A stretch of 61,427 bases of DNA from Bacteroidales bacterium (GCA_011620595.1 WOYX01000005.1:1-61427); one strand, 5' to 3'. Counted from the stretch's first letter, positions 1 to 9,591 are shown. Notes: generated by a model not told the origin, from the letters alone. Translations and numbers: made by a program.

Positions 1-87
1 TCCTGCCAGTTCTGCTAAGTGTACACGGCTCAGTTTAGCTGCCTTTCGGTGCATCTTTATTACTTCTGCTAATTCCTGCGATTGCAT
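1..87 (-). CDS. XRE/HipB-like helix-turn-helix regulator, 5' part (runs off window start)
   Basis: Reverse-strand ATG at 87 gives MQSQELAEVIKMHRKAAKLSRVHLAELAG, a typical XRE HTH N-terminus; not in the ORF track. Confidence 0.75.
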   Translation of the reverse strand, partial: MQSQELAEVIKMHRKAAKLSRVHLAELAG

Positions 88-93
88 TGTTTT

Positions 94-231
94 TACTTTT
101 ATAGCGGTAAAAGTAGGTATTCTATTTTAATATAGCAAGCAATTATCAATAATATACCGCCATGGCAGTAAAAAAGGCTTAAAAGTTCTTATGTTTGATG
201 AAAAAGCTCACCTGTTACTGCCAAGACGGTA
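94..231. promoter_or_regulatory. Three palindromic TAC-N10-GTA operators upstream of the XRE gene
   Basis: TACTTTTATAGCGGTA (94-109), TACCGCCATGGCAGTA (155-170), TACTGCCAAGACGGTA (216-231); starts are exactly 61 bp apart. Confidence 0.65.
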
Positions 232-462
232 GAAGTAATTTTTAACGATTCATTAATTAAGACTAATCTCCCTTGATTTCTTTATCAAGTCAGTCTGAGC
301 ATTTGTATCATCTTTAAGTTCCGACGCCAGGTAACTTTTGCAAAACACACACCCATCCTCAATTAATTTGATCCTTAATTATCAATCAAATATCGAAGTA
401 GTTTCATAAATTTGATATTGGATAAAAGGATTCGTCTGATTTCTTAAACAAAATCTCAGGTT

Positions 463-919
463 ATGAGAGATCACATCCGGTTTATAGTAATTATTATCGC
501 ACTATTGTTGAATGGTTGTTTAAACAATCCTGATAAGGGGAATGTAAAAGGCAGGAACCCGGACGACCAGTACTCTCAGCAAATAATCCGGTTGCCATCA
601 ACAGGGGGAGATAGTTTAAATGCCTCACTCTTTGCTGACACCGTTATTTACACTCCTCTTGAGACAACTGAAGAATCATTCATCCAAAGAATTGATCAAT
701 TATGGACAAAAACTTTCTTATGAAAGATTAACCTATTTCTACCCCATATATTCTGATGATTATCTGGTCACAATTAAAAAGCCCCTGGACGCCCTGAGAG
801 ACTTAGATCAGAATTATGGAAATGGAAAAGAGCTGCCATCACCCTCGTGGCTTGATCTGATGAAAACTGTTAGCGAAGACGATAATCCGATAATTGTGAA
901 GATCATCATTAAGCAATGA
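463..919 (+). pseudogene. Internally deleted 6-bladed beta-propeller lipoprotein
   Basis: Lipobox LNGC and YTPLETT N-terminal motif in one frame; the family C-terminal motif SEDDNPIIVKI in another frame; the middle is missing. Confidence 0.75.
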
Positions 920-1002
920 ATATACTGGCAGGGTATAATGACGAAGTATTTCAATTCTCCGCAGAGATTTTCAACAAACCCCTAACCATTTAAAAAACAG
1001 GC

Positions 1003-1965
1003 ATGAGAAGAGCAGAATTATTTTCAATTATCATTCTCTCAGCGGTTATTGCAGGATGCGGAGGAGGAAGCAGACATTCAACAACTGATTTCATCACAGT
1101 TGATGTTACAGCAGGTTATCCGCAGAAAGATCTTATTCTTCAGGATTTTATGGATGTTGAGTACATCCCGTTGGCGAGCGCTGAAGGATTTATTAATCAA
1201 GGTGTTGTAAAGGCAATTGGTGATGATATCTTATTGGTAACCAATCGAATTATGGATGGAGATATCTTTGTCTTTACACGAACGGGGAAAGGGGTAAGAA
1301 AGATAAACCGTCTTGGACGAAGTGGCGAAGAATATTCACAGATTACAGAGATAGTCCTGGATGAAGATAACAATGAGATGTTCATCATAGACTATCCCGC
1401 AAGAAAAGTAGTATATGACCTGTACGGTAACTTTAAAAGGAGTTTGCGGTTCACAGACACTGCTCGCTTTTACCTGACGCTTCCCTATGATGGTGACTGG
1501 GTACTAACGAGACCATCATCTGACACAGTCTATAGCTTTCACCCGGATGGTAAAATAACCTACCTTATTGTACGGACTCCTTCAATACACACTACAGATC
1601 CTGAAGTATTTCTTTTCCCGACTGTTATTACCGAACGTTATTATTTCATGCAAACTATTAAAAAAGAGTTTGACCTTGAAAAGATGAAAGGATTCCCGAC
1701 TACTGATCTGGTATACGACAAGCAGGAAGAGGCAATATTCAGATTTACTGTCTGCAATGATGATTTCTTGAGCAAGAAACAGGTTGCGTTCGGCACGAAA
1801 CCTGTAAGTCATGAAATTGCAAAATGTCAGTCTTTGGAAGCCTTAGACCTTGTTGATGCTTACGAAAAAGGGGAGCTAAAAGGCCCATTGAAAGATATTG
1901 CTGCTCGACTTGATAAAGAATCCAATCCGGTCATTATGCTGATAAAGCATAAGGAAACAAAGTAG
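1003..1965 (+). CDS. 6-bladed beta-propeller lipoprotein (DUF4934-like), possibly with an in-frame internal deletion
   Basis: Lipobox IAGC, VEYIPL, GRSGEEY, C-terminal ESNPVIML; 320 aa versus 406 aa for the related protein at 6522. Confidence 0.75.
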   Translation: MRRAELFSIIILSAVIAGCGGGSRHSTTDFITVDVTAGYPQKDLILQDFMDVEYIPLASAEGFINQGVVKAIGDDILLVTNRIMDGDIFVFTRTGKGVRKINRLGRSGEEYSQITEIVLDEDNNEMFIIDYPARKVVYDLYGNFKRSLRFTDTARFYLTLPYDGDWVLTRPSSDTVYSFHPDGKITYLIVRTPSIHTTDPEVFLFPTVITERYYFMQTIKKEFDLEKMKGFPTTDLVYDKQEEAIFRFTVCNDDFLSKKQVAFGTKPVSHEIAKCQSLEALDLVDAYEKGELKGPLKDIAARLDKESNPVIMLIKHKETK

Positions 1966-2119
1966 AGATTAAGTGCCTTATAGTACACATTATAGAGACA
2001 GAAAGCAACAGGGCCAGTCAAAAGAATTGCAGATACCTCAAAAATAACGATATAGATGAATTATCTTGGTATGATTTTCAGCTCTTTTTGGCCGATCAAT
2101 TAGTAAAACTTATATACAA

Positions 2120-3151
2120 ATGAAGAAGTTACTTGCGCTTTTTATGCTTTCGGTGATATGTTTTTCAGGGTGTCTGGTGGACAAATCGAATACCGAAATA
2201 ATACAAAAGGAAAGAGGCCGTATCGTAGATGTATCTGATAAGATAGTGGATGTTAAGACAGATATCATTTTTGGCAGTTCGATTTTATACATTATTGATG
2301 ATATATTAATTGTTGCTGATATGTCACATAAGGCTGATAAGTGCATTCATCTTTTCAACAAGAATACTTTTAAATACATAGCCAGCACCGGGATAATTGG
2401 AAGGGGTCCGGGGGAGATAACTAATCTGGGCAAAATTGGGATTGACGAGAAAAACAAGATTCTGTGGGTAGTCGACCATGGTAAAAAAGTGATGCACAAA
2501 TTCCCTTTGGACAGCATATTAGCAAATAATAACTTTAAACCAACCTCCTATCTGGATATGGATAATGAGCTGCTCCTTGTTGATTTTGGGTTCCTTAATG
2601 ACAGTATTATTCTGGGAAGAGCCATGCATCCATTGTCTCATTCCACATTTGACATGACTAATACTAAACTGAATGTCAATACTAATGAGATTGAACGGTT
2701 TGGTTATGAAAATGCTGAATGTTCAGGAAAGACGAAGATTGCATCCTTTAGCCTGTCAGTTGAGAACAATTTCTATGTGAACTGCTATGATGAGTGCGAC
2801 TTGATGACTATATGCGACCTCAACGGTAACCTGAAACACAACATATATGGCCCCGGGTGGAATGACAAAGACCAGGACAGAAAAGCATATTACTTCGGAT
2901 CCGATATATTTAACGGGAAAATCGTTGCAGCTTATATTGGTGATCTGGAATTTGTTTTTAAGGGAAACATAACCCGGGGAGCTGCGCCATCAACTCTTAT
3001 AATATTTGAGAAGGACGGCAGATATTTAAAAACGATCAATACAGGGTATGAATTTGAACGTTTTTGTATTGATGAAGAGAACAAGAGGATTATTGCATAT
3101 TTTATTGACAGGGAAGAACCGCTGGGTTATTTCAATATTCCGGTTGAATAG
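2120..3151 (+). CDS. BF3164-like/TolB-like 6-bladed beta-propeller lipoprotein (paralog A)
   Basis: Lipobox FSGC, GRGPGEI, LNDSI, C-terminal REEPLGYFNIPVE shared with paralogs. Confidence 0.85.
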   Translation: MKKLLALFMLSVICFSGCLVDKSNTEIIQKERGRIVDVSDKIVDVKTDIIFGSSILYIIDDILIVADMSHKADKCIHLFNKNTFKYIASTGIIGRGPGEITNLGKIGIDEKNKILWVVDHGKKVMHKFPLDSILANNNFKPTSYLDMDNELLLVDFGFLNDSIILGRAMHPLSHSTFDMTNTKLNVNTNEIERFGYENAECSGKTKIASFSLSVENNFYVNCYDECDLMTICDLNGNLKHNIYGPGWNDKDQDRKAYYFGSDIFNGKIVAAYIGDLEFVFKGNITRGAAPSTLIIFEKDGRYLKTINTGYEFERFCIDEENKRIIAYFIDREEPLGYFNIPVE

Positions 3152-3189
3152 TCAGGATTCTGAAGATGGAATGATAAAATTTCCTACTG

Positions 3190-3239
3190 GAAATTCCCGG
3201 AAATTCCCGAAAAAAACTTAAACATCTTATTTAATTTTA
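3190..3239 (+). promoter_or_regulatory. 2x GAAATTCCCG direct repeats plus -7-like box TAATTTTA
   Basis: Repeats 3190-3209, then 22 nt, then TAATTTTA 3232-3239; same geometry in five copies. Confidence 0.6.
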
Positions 3240-3295
3240 CATAGGTCAAGTTTGCCGTTTTACGAAATATTTGTTAAGGTATAAAAGTATAAATC

Positions 3296-3376
3296 AGAAA
3301 GAAAAGGGCAGAAAGCTTTGCCAGTATTGCCAAGTACTTTCTGCCCCGGCCTTTCACAAAAAATGAAAGGAGGTGA
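3296..3376 (-). ncRNA. Putative ~80-nt structured antisense sRNA, copy 1
   Basis: Minus-strand -7 box TATCTTTG (3387-3380); 5' hairpin CCTTTCA/TGAAAGG; 10-bp stem GGGCAGAAAG/CTTTCTGCCC followed on the minus strand by TTTTCTTTCT. Confidence 0.6.
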
Positions 3377-3483
3377 TCACAAAGATATCAAAACAGAGTA
3401 ATTAAAAAGCTAAATGAAGCATAATTAATGGCCTTGGCCACTGTGATTTCAAGATGATATTTTAGTAATTAATAATCGAAATT

Positions 3484-3735
3484 ATGAAAAGGAAAGCAAT
3501 TTTTGCAACAATCGCCAGCATAATTGTAGTGTTTACTATTCTTAGTGCAAATGTTGCCCAGGTACGCTCAGATGATAATGGTCTGCATAGTATTAAAATA
3601 ATGTCGCAGGCAAATGCGCAGGTGAATCCGGATTGCCCGAATGGTTGTCTTGATGGTGGAGCGGGTTGCACGTGTAATGGATATCATCCTCATTATCTGG
3701 ATTATGCGGAATATAAGAAAATGCAGCAGCAGTAA
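3484..3735 (+). CDS. Secreted Cys-rich peptide precursor 1 (NVEALA-like architecture)
   Basis: Basic N-terminus and hydrophobic signal, pro-region ending MSQANA-Q, core CPNGC-x6-CxCNG; three paralogs in the window. Confidence 0.85.
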   Translation: MKRKAIFATIASIIVVFTILSANVAQVRSDDNGLHSIKIMSQANAQVNPDCPNGCLDGGAGCTCNGYHPHYLDYAEYKKMQQQ

Positions 3736-3753
3736 TTATTTAACATTATTCTT

Positions 3754-3781
3754 GTATGGGCACAACCTGTGCCCATACTTT
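3754..3781 (+). terminator. Hairpin after peptide gene 1
   Basis: GTATGGGCACA-ACC-TGTGCCCATAC followed by TTT. Confidence 0.65.
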
Positions 3782-3804
3782 CATTTATTAAACCTTTTTA
3801 GCAT

Positions 3805-4839
3805 ATGAAAAAGTCATTTGCGCTTTTTATACTAGCGGTGATATGTTTTTCAGGGTGTCTGGTGGACAAATCGAAAACCGAGAAGATCCAGAAAAAAAGA
3901 GACAAAATAGTAAGCGTAAAGAATGATATTGTGGATATCAAAACTGAAGTACTATTTGGAAAATCTTTATTATATATTATTGACGACTACCTGGTTCTTC
4001 TTGAAGTCGCATCTAAAACCCCCAAGTGTATTCATCTATTTGATAAGAACACCTTTAGGCATATTGCCAGTACAGGTTTACTGGGAAGAGGCCCGGGAGA
4101 AATCACTGAGCCTGGCAATATTGGAGTAGACAGGCAGAATAAAATATTATGGGTGCCTGACTTTGGACAAAAAGTCATATGGAAATTCCCCCTGGACAGC
4201 GTGCTTAAGAATGAAGCCTTTATGCCTACAGAATATTTGAGGATAAACGATGACGTATTTATTGATAGATTCAATATCCTAAATGACAGTATATTTATAG
4301 GGAAAGCAGTGCGATATCTTGATGACAACTCTTACATAACGATTATGTCAAAACTAAATATTAGAAATAATGTGATTCAAGAATTTGGTTATGCAAATCC
4401 CCGGATTGAAGATGATAAGGCAATCTCTCTATTTGCGCTTTCAATAGCCGATAATATTTACGTCAATAGTTATTTTAAATATGACCTGATCACAATTTGC
4501 AATTTGGAGGGAAAACTTTTATATAATGTATATGGATCAGAGGGATTGAACAATGATGGGAACAAGAAATCATATTATTTTGGAATTGAAATAGCAGACG
4601 GGAAGATATTCGCATCATACATCAATGATTTAGCTGTTGTTAATGATGGGAACAGGCCGAAAGGGAATAGTCCTTCTAAACTCTTAATATTTAATACACG
4701 AGGAGACTATTTATTTACAATAGAAACCGGAGATAAGTTTTCTTATTTTTGCGTAGATGAGGATAATAACAGGATAATAGCATATTTTGATGGAAGAGAA
4801 GAAGCTCTGGGATATTTTAATATACCTGTTAATTATTGA
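3805..4839 (+). CDS. BF3164-like beta-propeller lipoprotein (paralog B)
   Basis: Lipobox FSGC, GRGPGEI, REEALGYFNIP. Confidence 0.85.
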   Translation: MKKSFALFILAVICFSGCLVDKSKTEKIQKKRDKIVSVKNDIVDIKTEVLFGKSLLYIIDDYLVLLEVASKTPKCIHLFDKNTFRHIASTGLLGRGPGEITEPGNIGVDRQNKILWVPDFGQKVIWKFPLDSVLKNEAFMPTEYLRINDDVFIDRFNILNDSIFIGKAVRYLDDNSYITIMSKLNIRNNVIQEFGYANPRIEDDKAISLFALSIADNIYVNSYFKYDLITICNLEGKLLYNVYGSEGLNNDGNKKSYYFGIEIADGKIFASYINDLAVVNDGNRPKGNSPSKLLIFNTRGDYLFTIETGDKFSYFCVDEDNNRIIAYFDGREEALGYFNIPVNY

Positions 4840-4914
4840 GGCATCCAAATGGGGAATCTAAAAAACATAAATGTAATTATTGAAGTGCACAACCGTAGAT
4901 TTTTTATAAAAGTC

Positions 4915-5952
4915 ATGAGATATTTGCAATCAATAGCGGCTCTCCTAATGCTGCTTGCTTCCGGCTGTGTTAATAATAATGAGAATAAAACTGAAATAAT
5001 ACAAAAAGATAGAGGTCGTATAGTAGATGTATCTGACAAGATAGTGAATATTAAAACAGATTATGTTATTGGGAAGGCTTTCTTATATATCATTGACGAT
5101 ATCCTGATTGCTGAAGAATTCTATCCCAAAGGAGAAAAAGTAGATCATCTGTTTGATCTTAACACATTCAGATATATTACAAGCACAGGTGTCATGGGCA
5201 GGGGGCCGGGAGAGATAACTATCCCAAGTGGTATATTGGTTGACAGGGAAAAAAGAGTCTTCTGGCAGCTTGATGTAGGGAAAAAAGTTCTGCATAAATT
5301 TCCTCTGGACAGTGTTCTGTCTGACAAAATGTATATGCCTGATGCTTCGGTAAAGCTGGTAGATACATTGCTTCTTGTGTATTATAGTTTCTTAAATGAC
5401 AGCATCGCTCTCGGCAAAGCAATAGAGCCTTTTACCGGTTCACCTTTTGTAACAATGGCCATGACGAAGTTTAATATTAATGCCGGTGAAATAAAAAGAT
5501 TCGGATACGAAAATCCGAAAGTAAAGGGCAAGTTTACTAACTCATATTTCGATCTGTCTGTAGAAAATGGGATATATATCAATTGCTACCTATTTAAAGA
5601 TTTAATGACCATCTGTGACTTAGACGGCAACCTGAAATATAATGTTTACGGACCCGGATGGGATGATCCCGAAAAGGATGATAATGGCTATTATTATGAT
5701 GTAGTGATATATAACAAGAATATCTTTGCTTCCTACCTTGGAAGTAAAGGTTCTGTTGTTGAAGACAACATGGAAAGAGGAGTATATCCCAATAGCATCA
5801 TAATATTCGACCTGGATGGCTCATATCAGAAAACTATTGAAACCGGGTCTGAAATATGCAGCTTTTGTATTGATGAAAAGCATAACAGGATTATTGCATA
5901 TTTTATTGACAGGGAAGAACCGCTGGGTTATTTCAATATTCCGGTTGAATAG
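4915..5952 (+). CDS. BF3164-like beta-propeller lipoprotein (paralog C1)
   Basis: Start moved to ATG 4915 (MRYLQ, as in paralogs C2 and C3); lipobox ASGC; REEPLGYFNIPVE. Confidence 0.85.
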   Translation: MRYLQSIAALLMLLASGCVNNNENKTEIIQKDRGRIVDVSDKIVNIKTDYVIGKAFLYIIDDILIAEEFYPKGEKVDHLFDLNTFRYITSTGVMGRGPGEITIPSGILVDREKRVFWQLDVGKKVLHKFPLDSVLSDKMYMPDASVKLVDTLLLVYYSFLNDSIALGKAIEPFTGSPFVTMAMTKFNINAGEIKRFGYENPKVKGKFTNSYFDLSVENGIYINCYLFKDLMTICDLDGNLKYNVYGPGWDDPEKDDNGYYYDVVIYNKNIFASYLGSKGSVVEDNMERGVYPNSIIIFDLDGSYQKTIETGSEICSFCIDEKHNRIIAYFIDREEPLGYFNIPVE

Positions 5953-5990
5953 TCGGGATTCGGAAGGTGGAATGATAAAATTTCCTACTG

Positions 5991-6060
5991 GAAATTCCCG
6001 GAGATTCCCGGAGATTCCCGGAAATTCCCGGAAAATCAATTTATTATGTTGGTATTTTTG
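5991..6060 (+). promoter_or_regulatory. 4x GARATTCCCG repeats plus canonical -7 box TATTTTTG
   Basis: Repeats 5991-6030, 22-nt spacer, TATTTTTG 6053-6060. Confidence 0.65.
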
Positions 6061-6095
6061 AGAGATCAATAATTAATAACCAATAATTTTATGCT

Positions 6096-6320
6096 ATGAA
6101 AAAACTGTGTCTTTGCGTGGGGATTTTAGCTTTTGCTATTTTCATTGGATCGACTCTATCCAATGTAAATGCTCAGAGTAACGAGGAACTGAGTAATGAA
6201 TACCCCGGTGGTGAGTCATATCTGGGTCCCGTATGTATGAATTCTTCCGGAACCTATTATTGTTGCAAGAATTCGTCAGGTGCTTGCGATAAGCCTGCTA
6301 CTTGTCCTTCCTGCCAATAG
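6096..6320 (+). CDS. Secreted Cys-rich peptide precursor 2 (different family, 6 Cys in the mature part)
   Basis: Signal peptide ending VNA-Q; mature region CMNSSGTYYCCKNSSGACDKPATCPSC. Confidence 0.8.
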   Translation: MKKLCLCVGILAFAIFIGSTLSNVNAQSNEELSNEYPGGESYLGPVCMNSSGTYYCCKNSSGACDKPATCPSCQ

Positions 6321-6341
6321 GGATAAATTTGGATTCTAATC

Positions 6342-6375
6342 ATGGGGGAAGCCTGAATATTAAAGGCTTCCTCAT
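6342..6375 (+). terminator. Hairpin after peptide gene 2
   Basis: GGGGAAGCCT ... AGGCTTCCTC stem. Confidence 0.5.
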
Positions 6376-6521
6376 CTTACAAACAGTAAAACAATACCAA
6401 GATGATTTACATTTTGGTTGACTTAATTGTCTAAGTTTAAAGTTCATGATCTGATTAAGAATCATATCATGGGGATACACAAAATATAGGATAGTAATAG
6501 AGTAAATTATTATTAAGAGCC

Positions 6522-7742
6522 TTGAAAAGAAAGTTCAAAGAGTTACTTACGGGTTTATTAGCAACTTCAGGATTGGCTGTCTTGTGCTTCTGCAACACTG
6601 CGTGTACAAAGCAAAATCAAGTTGATTTTACCAGGATTAGTATCGATCCTGAGAATGCCGGTACCTTGAAATATTCAGAAATATACAGTAAAATCGAAAT
6701 TCTACCGATTGAAACGGATACAGCGTTTCTAATTGATGAGGTTCAGAAGCTGATTGTTGAGAATGATAAATATTTCTTTCAATGCAATAACAAAATACTG
6801 GTTTTCAATAGTACTGGTCGTCCGCTGTATAAAATTGATAATGTTGGCAAGGGGCCTGGCGAATATATTGCAATAGGTGACATCATATTGGATGAAGGTA
6901 GGTTGGAATTATATGACAGCAAGCAACGAAAAATAATCCAGCATGATGAGAACGGTAGGTATCTGAACGAATGGAGATGCGGGATTGATGCTTATTCATT
7001 TGTAAAGTTAAACTCAGATCTGTATGCTTTTTATGTCGGTGCCGGAGGCTATTATAATAATACAAACAAAAAGCTGCTTGTCTTTTCAAGAAAGAAAGGA
7101 AAAGTAATTGACGGATTCATTGAAACACCCGAATATGAAATGGAATATATGCATTTTGCAGATTTAGTTAACTTTCAGCAATATAAAGAAGATATATATT
7201 TCCTTTACAGCTTTAATGATACCATCTATAACATTACCGGGAATGGAATATCCCCACGCTATTTCATCGATTTTGGTAAATACAGGTTGCCCCATAAATA
7301 TCTTGAAGGCAAATATAACGGAATTGAAGCCTTTTTCTCAGATTGTCTGAAATCGGGGAGCGCATTTAAGCTTATGGGATTCTTTGAATCTGACGAATAC
7401 ATAATATCATCTTTCTTTTATAATGGGCTTAATTATATACACTTCTATTATTCCAAAAGCAAGAGAGAGGCCAGAGTAGTGGATGCATACTTTGACGATA
7501 TGTTAGTAAAGGGCGTAGAGTTTAAAACATCATTCTATAATTTACCCTTTACTGTAAAAAATAACAAAACATACACTGTCACAAATGCTTATGAACTCAT
7601 GGCAAAAATAGACTCTTTAAGGAGTAAAGTGACAGTTCGTGATTGGGAGATTTTTTTGGAAAAGAATGCTGATATTATGGAATTATACAATAAAATATCA
7701 ATAGACAGTAACCCGGTCTTATTGATTGGATCCTTAGTATAA
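6522..7742 (+). CDS. 6-bladed beta-propeller protein (DUF4934/DUF5128-like), probable lipoprotein
   Basis: IEILPIET, GKGPGEY, PRYFIDFG, C-terminal DSNPVLL; TTG start. Confidence 0.8.
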   Translation: MKRKFKELLTGLLATSGLAVLCFCNTACTKQNQVDFTRISIDPENAGTLKYSEIYSKIEILPIETDTAFLIDEVQKLIVENDKYFFQCNNKILVFNSTGRPLYKIDNVGKGPGEYIAIGDIILDEGRLELYDSKQRKIIQHDENGRYLNEWRCGIDAYSFVKLNSDLYAFYVGAGGYYNNTNKKLLVFSRKKGKVIDGFIETPEYEMEYMHFADLVNFQQYKEDIYFLYSFNDTIYNITGNGISPRYFIDFGKYRLPHKYLEGKYNGIEAFFSDCLKSGSAFKLMGFFESDEYIISSFFYNGLNYIHFYYSKSKREARVVDAYFDDMLVKGVEFKTSFYNLPFTVKNNKTYTVTNAYELMAKIDSLRSKVTVRDWEIFLEKNADIMELYNKISIDSNPVLLIGSLV

Positions 7743-7826
7743 CTCCTCACTTAGTCCAGTATAAATATAATGCATTCATAATCAGCACTTGAAATGATTC
7801 GATATTTTGAAATTCAATCATAGTGA

Positions 7827-8456
7827 ATGAGAAAAGACTTGTTTTTTAATATCGTATTTACTATTATTTTTATTGGGTGTATAATCATGTCAGTGATTAA
7901 CCTGGCTGAAAGGAAGAATCTGTTAAAGCAGTTTCAGAACCTTGAGAGGGAGAAAGAACTGGGAATAGATATTGTTAGGGAAAAAGCCAGGCAAATGATT
8001 TTGCAGCACATGAGCGCCACGAATGAAAGAATAGATTCATCCCTGATTATTTACACCGCAAGAGGTGAAGAAGTGAAAATTGCCTCTTTATTGAAAGCAG
8101 GAGAAAAACTCATTCTTAGGATTCCATTAAATTCATGTGGATTATGTTATGATCAATCGCTTAAGGTTATGAATGAGATGGTCCATATTATTGGGAAGGA
8201 GGATTTAATTGTGTTGTTGCCTAAAAGTAGAGGCAGAGAGTTCACTACTTTCTTTAAGGAAAACAATTGTGTTGATCTTCAGTTCTTTTATACAGATGAT
8301 GATTTTAAGATATCAATTTTAGACAACAATGGAATCCCATTCTTTTTTACGACCTCTCCAGACCTAATCTGCCGCAACCATTTATTTCTAGAAAAGGATC
8401 CGGATGACTTTATATTTAAATATTTGATTTTCATAAAAGAAAATGTCATCCTTTAA
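7827..8456 (+). CDS. Membrane-anchored thioredoxin-like (CxxC) protein
   Basis: N-terminal TM helix; LILRIPLNSCGLCYD and a later IPFFF strand typical of the Trx fold. Confidence 0.6.
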   Translation: MRKDLFFNIVFTIIFIGCIIMSVINLAERKNLLKQFQNLEREKELGIDIVREKARQMILQHMSATNERIDSSLIIYTARGEEVKIASLLKAGEKLILRIPLNSCGLCYDQSLKVMNEMVHIIGKEDLIVLLPKSRGREFTTFFKENNCVDLQFFYTDDDFKISILDNNGIPFFFTTSPDLICRNHLFLEKDPDDFIFKYLIFIKENVIL

Positions 8457-8536
8457 ACTTAATTTTTAATTGGAGGCAACACGCATGCTTACCGGGAAAA
8501 GGTAGTGTTCCAATCAGTGTGTCCGGGGTAGAAGGC

Positions 8537-8620
8537 CTTTAAAAAGAATTATTATTTTGTTCTGGGTGATATTTTTTACAATTCCTTTGATTCAAGATTC
8601 TGGTGATTCGTGCCTGAAGA
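8537..8620 (+). pseudogene. Relic of a signal peptidase I gene (C-terminal fragment)
   Basis: 84 nt nearly identical to 15794-15877 (FKKNYYFVLGD..YNSFDSRFW..VPE), with a GGA>TGA stop. Confidence 0.85.
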
Positions 8621-9235
8621 AAACCAACTACCTGTCTGGAAATGGATGATGAGCTGCTCCTTGTTGATTTTGGGTTCCTTAATGACAGTATTGTTCTGGG
8701 AAGAGCTATACATTCATTGTCACATTCCACTTTTGACATGACAATGACAAAACTGAATGCCAATACTAATGAGATTGAACGGTTTGGTTATGAGAACCCC
8801 GAATGTCCAGGAAAGAAGAAGATTGCATCATTTAGCCTGTCAGTTGAGAACAATTTCTATGTGAACTGCTATGATGAGTGCGACTTGATGACTATATGCG
8901 ACCTCAACGGTAACCTGAAACACAACATATATGGCCCCGGGTGGAATGACAAAGACCAGGACAGAAAAGCATATTACTTCGGATCCGATATATTTAACGG
9001 GAAAATCGTTGCAGCTTATATTGGTGATCTGGAATTTGTTTTTAAGGGAAACATAACCCGGGGAGCTGCGCCATCAACTCTTATAATATTTGAGAAGGAC
9101 GGCAGATATTTAAAAACGATCAATACAGGGTATGAATTTGAACGTTTTTGTATTGATGAAGAGAATAAGAGGATTATCACATATTTTATTGACAGGGAAG
9201 AACCGCTGGGTTATTTCAATATTCCAGTTAAATAG
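8621..9235 (+). pseudogene. 5'-truncated copy of beta-propeller paralog A
   Basis: No signal peptide or lipobox; 8831-9165 matches 2747-3081 base for base by eye; fused directly to the SPase relic. Confidence 0.85.
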
Positions 9236-9274
9236 TCAGGTTTCAGAAAGGAGAAATTATAAAAATCATTACTG

Positions 9275-9334
9275 GAAAATCCCAGAAAATCCCAGAAAAT
9301 CCCAGAAAAATCTTAAACATCTTATTTAATTTTA
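9275..9334 (+). promoter_or_regulatory. 3x GAAAATCCCA variant repeats plus TAATTTTA box
   Basis: Repeats 9275-9304, 22-nt spacer, box 9327-9334. Confidence 0.6.
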
Positions 9335-9390
9335 CAGAAGTCAGGTTTGCTGTTTTGATAGAGATCATGAAAATAAAACAAGTATAAATC

Positions 9391-9475
9391 AGAAAGAAAA
9401 GGGCAGAGAGTTTTCAAGTTTGACGAAACATCTCTCTGCCCGGACCCTTTCCTTAATGAAAGAAAGGAGGTATAG
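9391..9475 (-). ncRNA. Putative antisense sRNA, diverged copy 2
   Basis: Stem GGGCAGAGAG/CTCTCTGCCC (compensatory change versus other copies), CCTTTC/GAAAGG hairpin, minus-strand TATCTTTG at 9486-9479. Confidence 0.6.
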
Positions 9476-9591
9476 TAACAAAGATAGTATTAAAGAAGGA
9501 ACATTCTTCCCGGTTGAAAAGGATGAAGCTTGCTTAACAGGCATAGCGGGTTGTACTTTAATTTGTTAAGGTTAATATAATTGAAACTATC

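Noticed and set aside
3365-3378. 16S rRNA fragment (GATCACCTCCTTTC on the minus strand)
   Set aside because: Only 14 nt match and the flanks are not rRNA-like.
3363-3401. Leader uORF MKGGDHKDIKTE and its equivalents in the other copies
   Set aside because: Length varies between copies and the N-terminal frame is not kept in the diverged 9456 copy; conservation is explained by the overlapping RNA and promoter element.
5991-6030. GAAATTCCCG repeats as CRISPR repeats or replication iterons
   Set aside because: Only 10 bp, no spacers, no rep gene; the fixed distance to a -7 box fits promoter sites better.
8642-9235. 197-aa ORF as a functional gene
   Set aside because: It is the headless 3' part of paralog A, lacking the signal peptide and the first blades.
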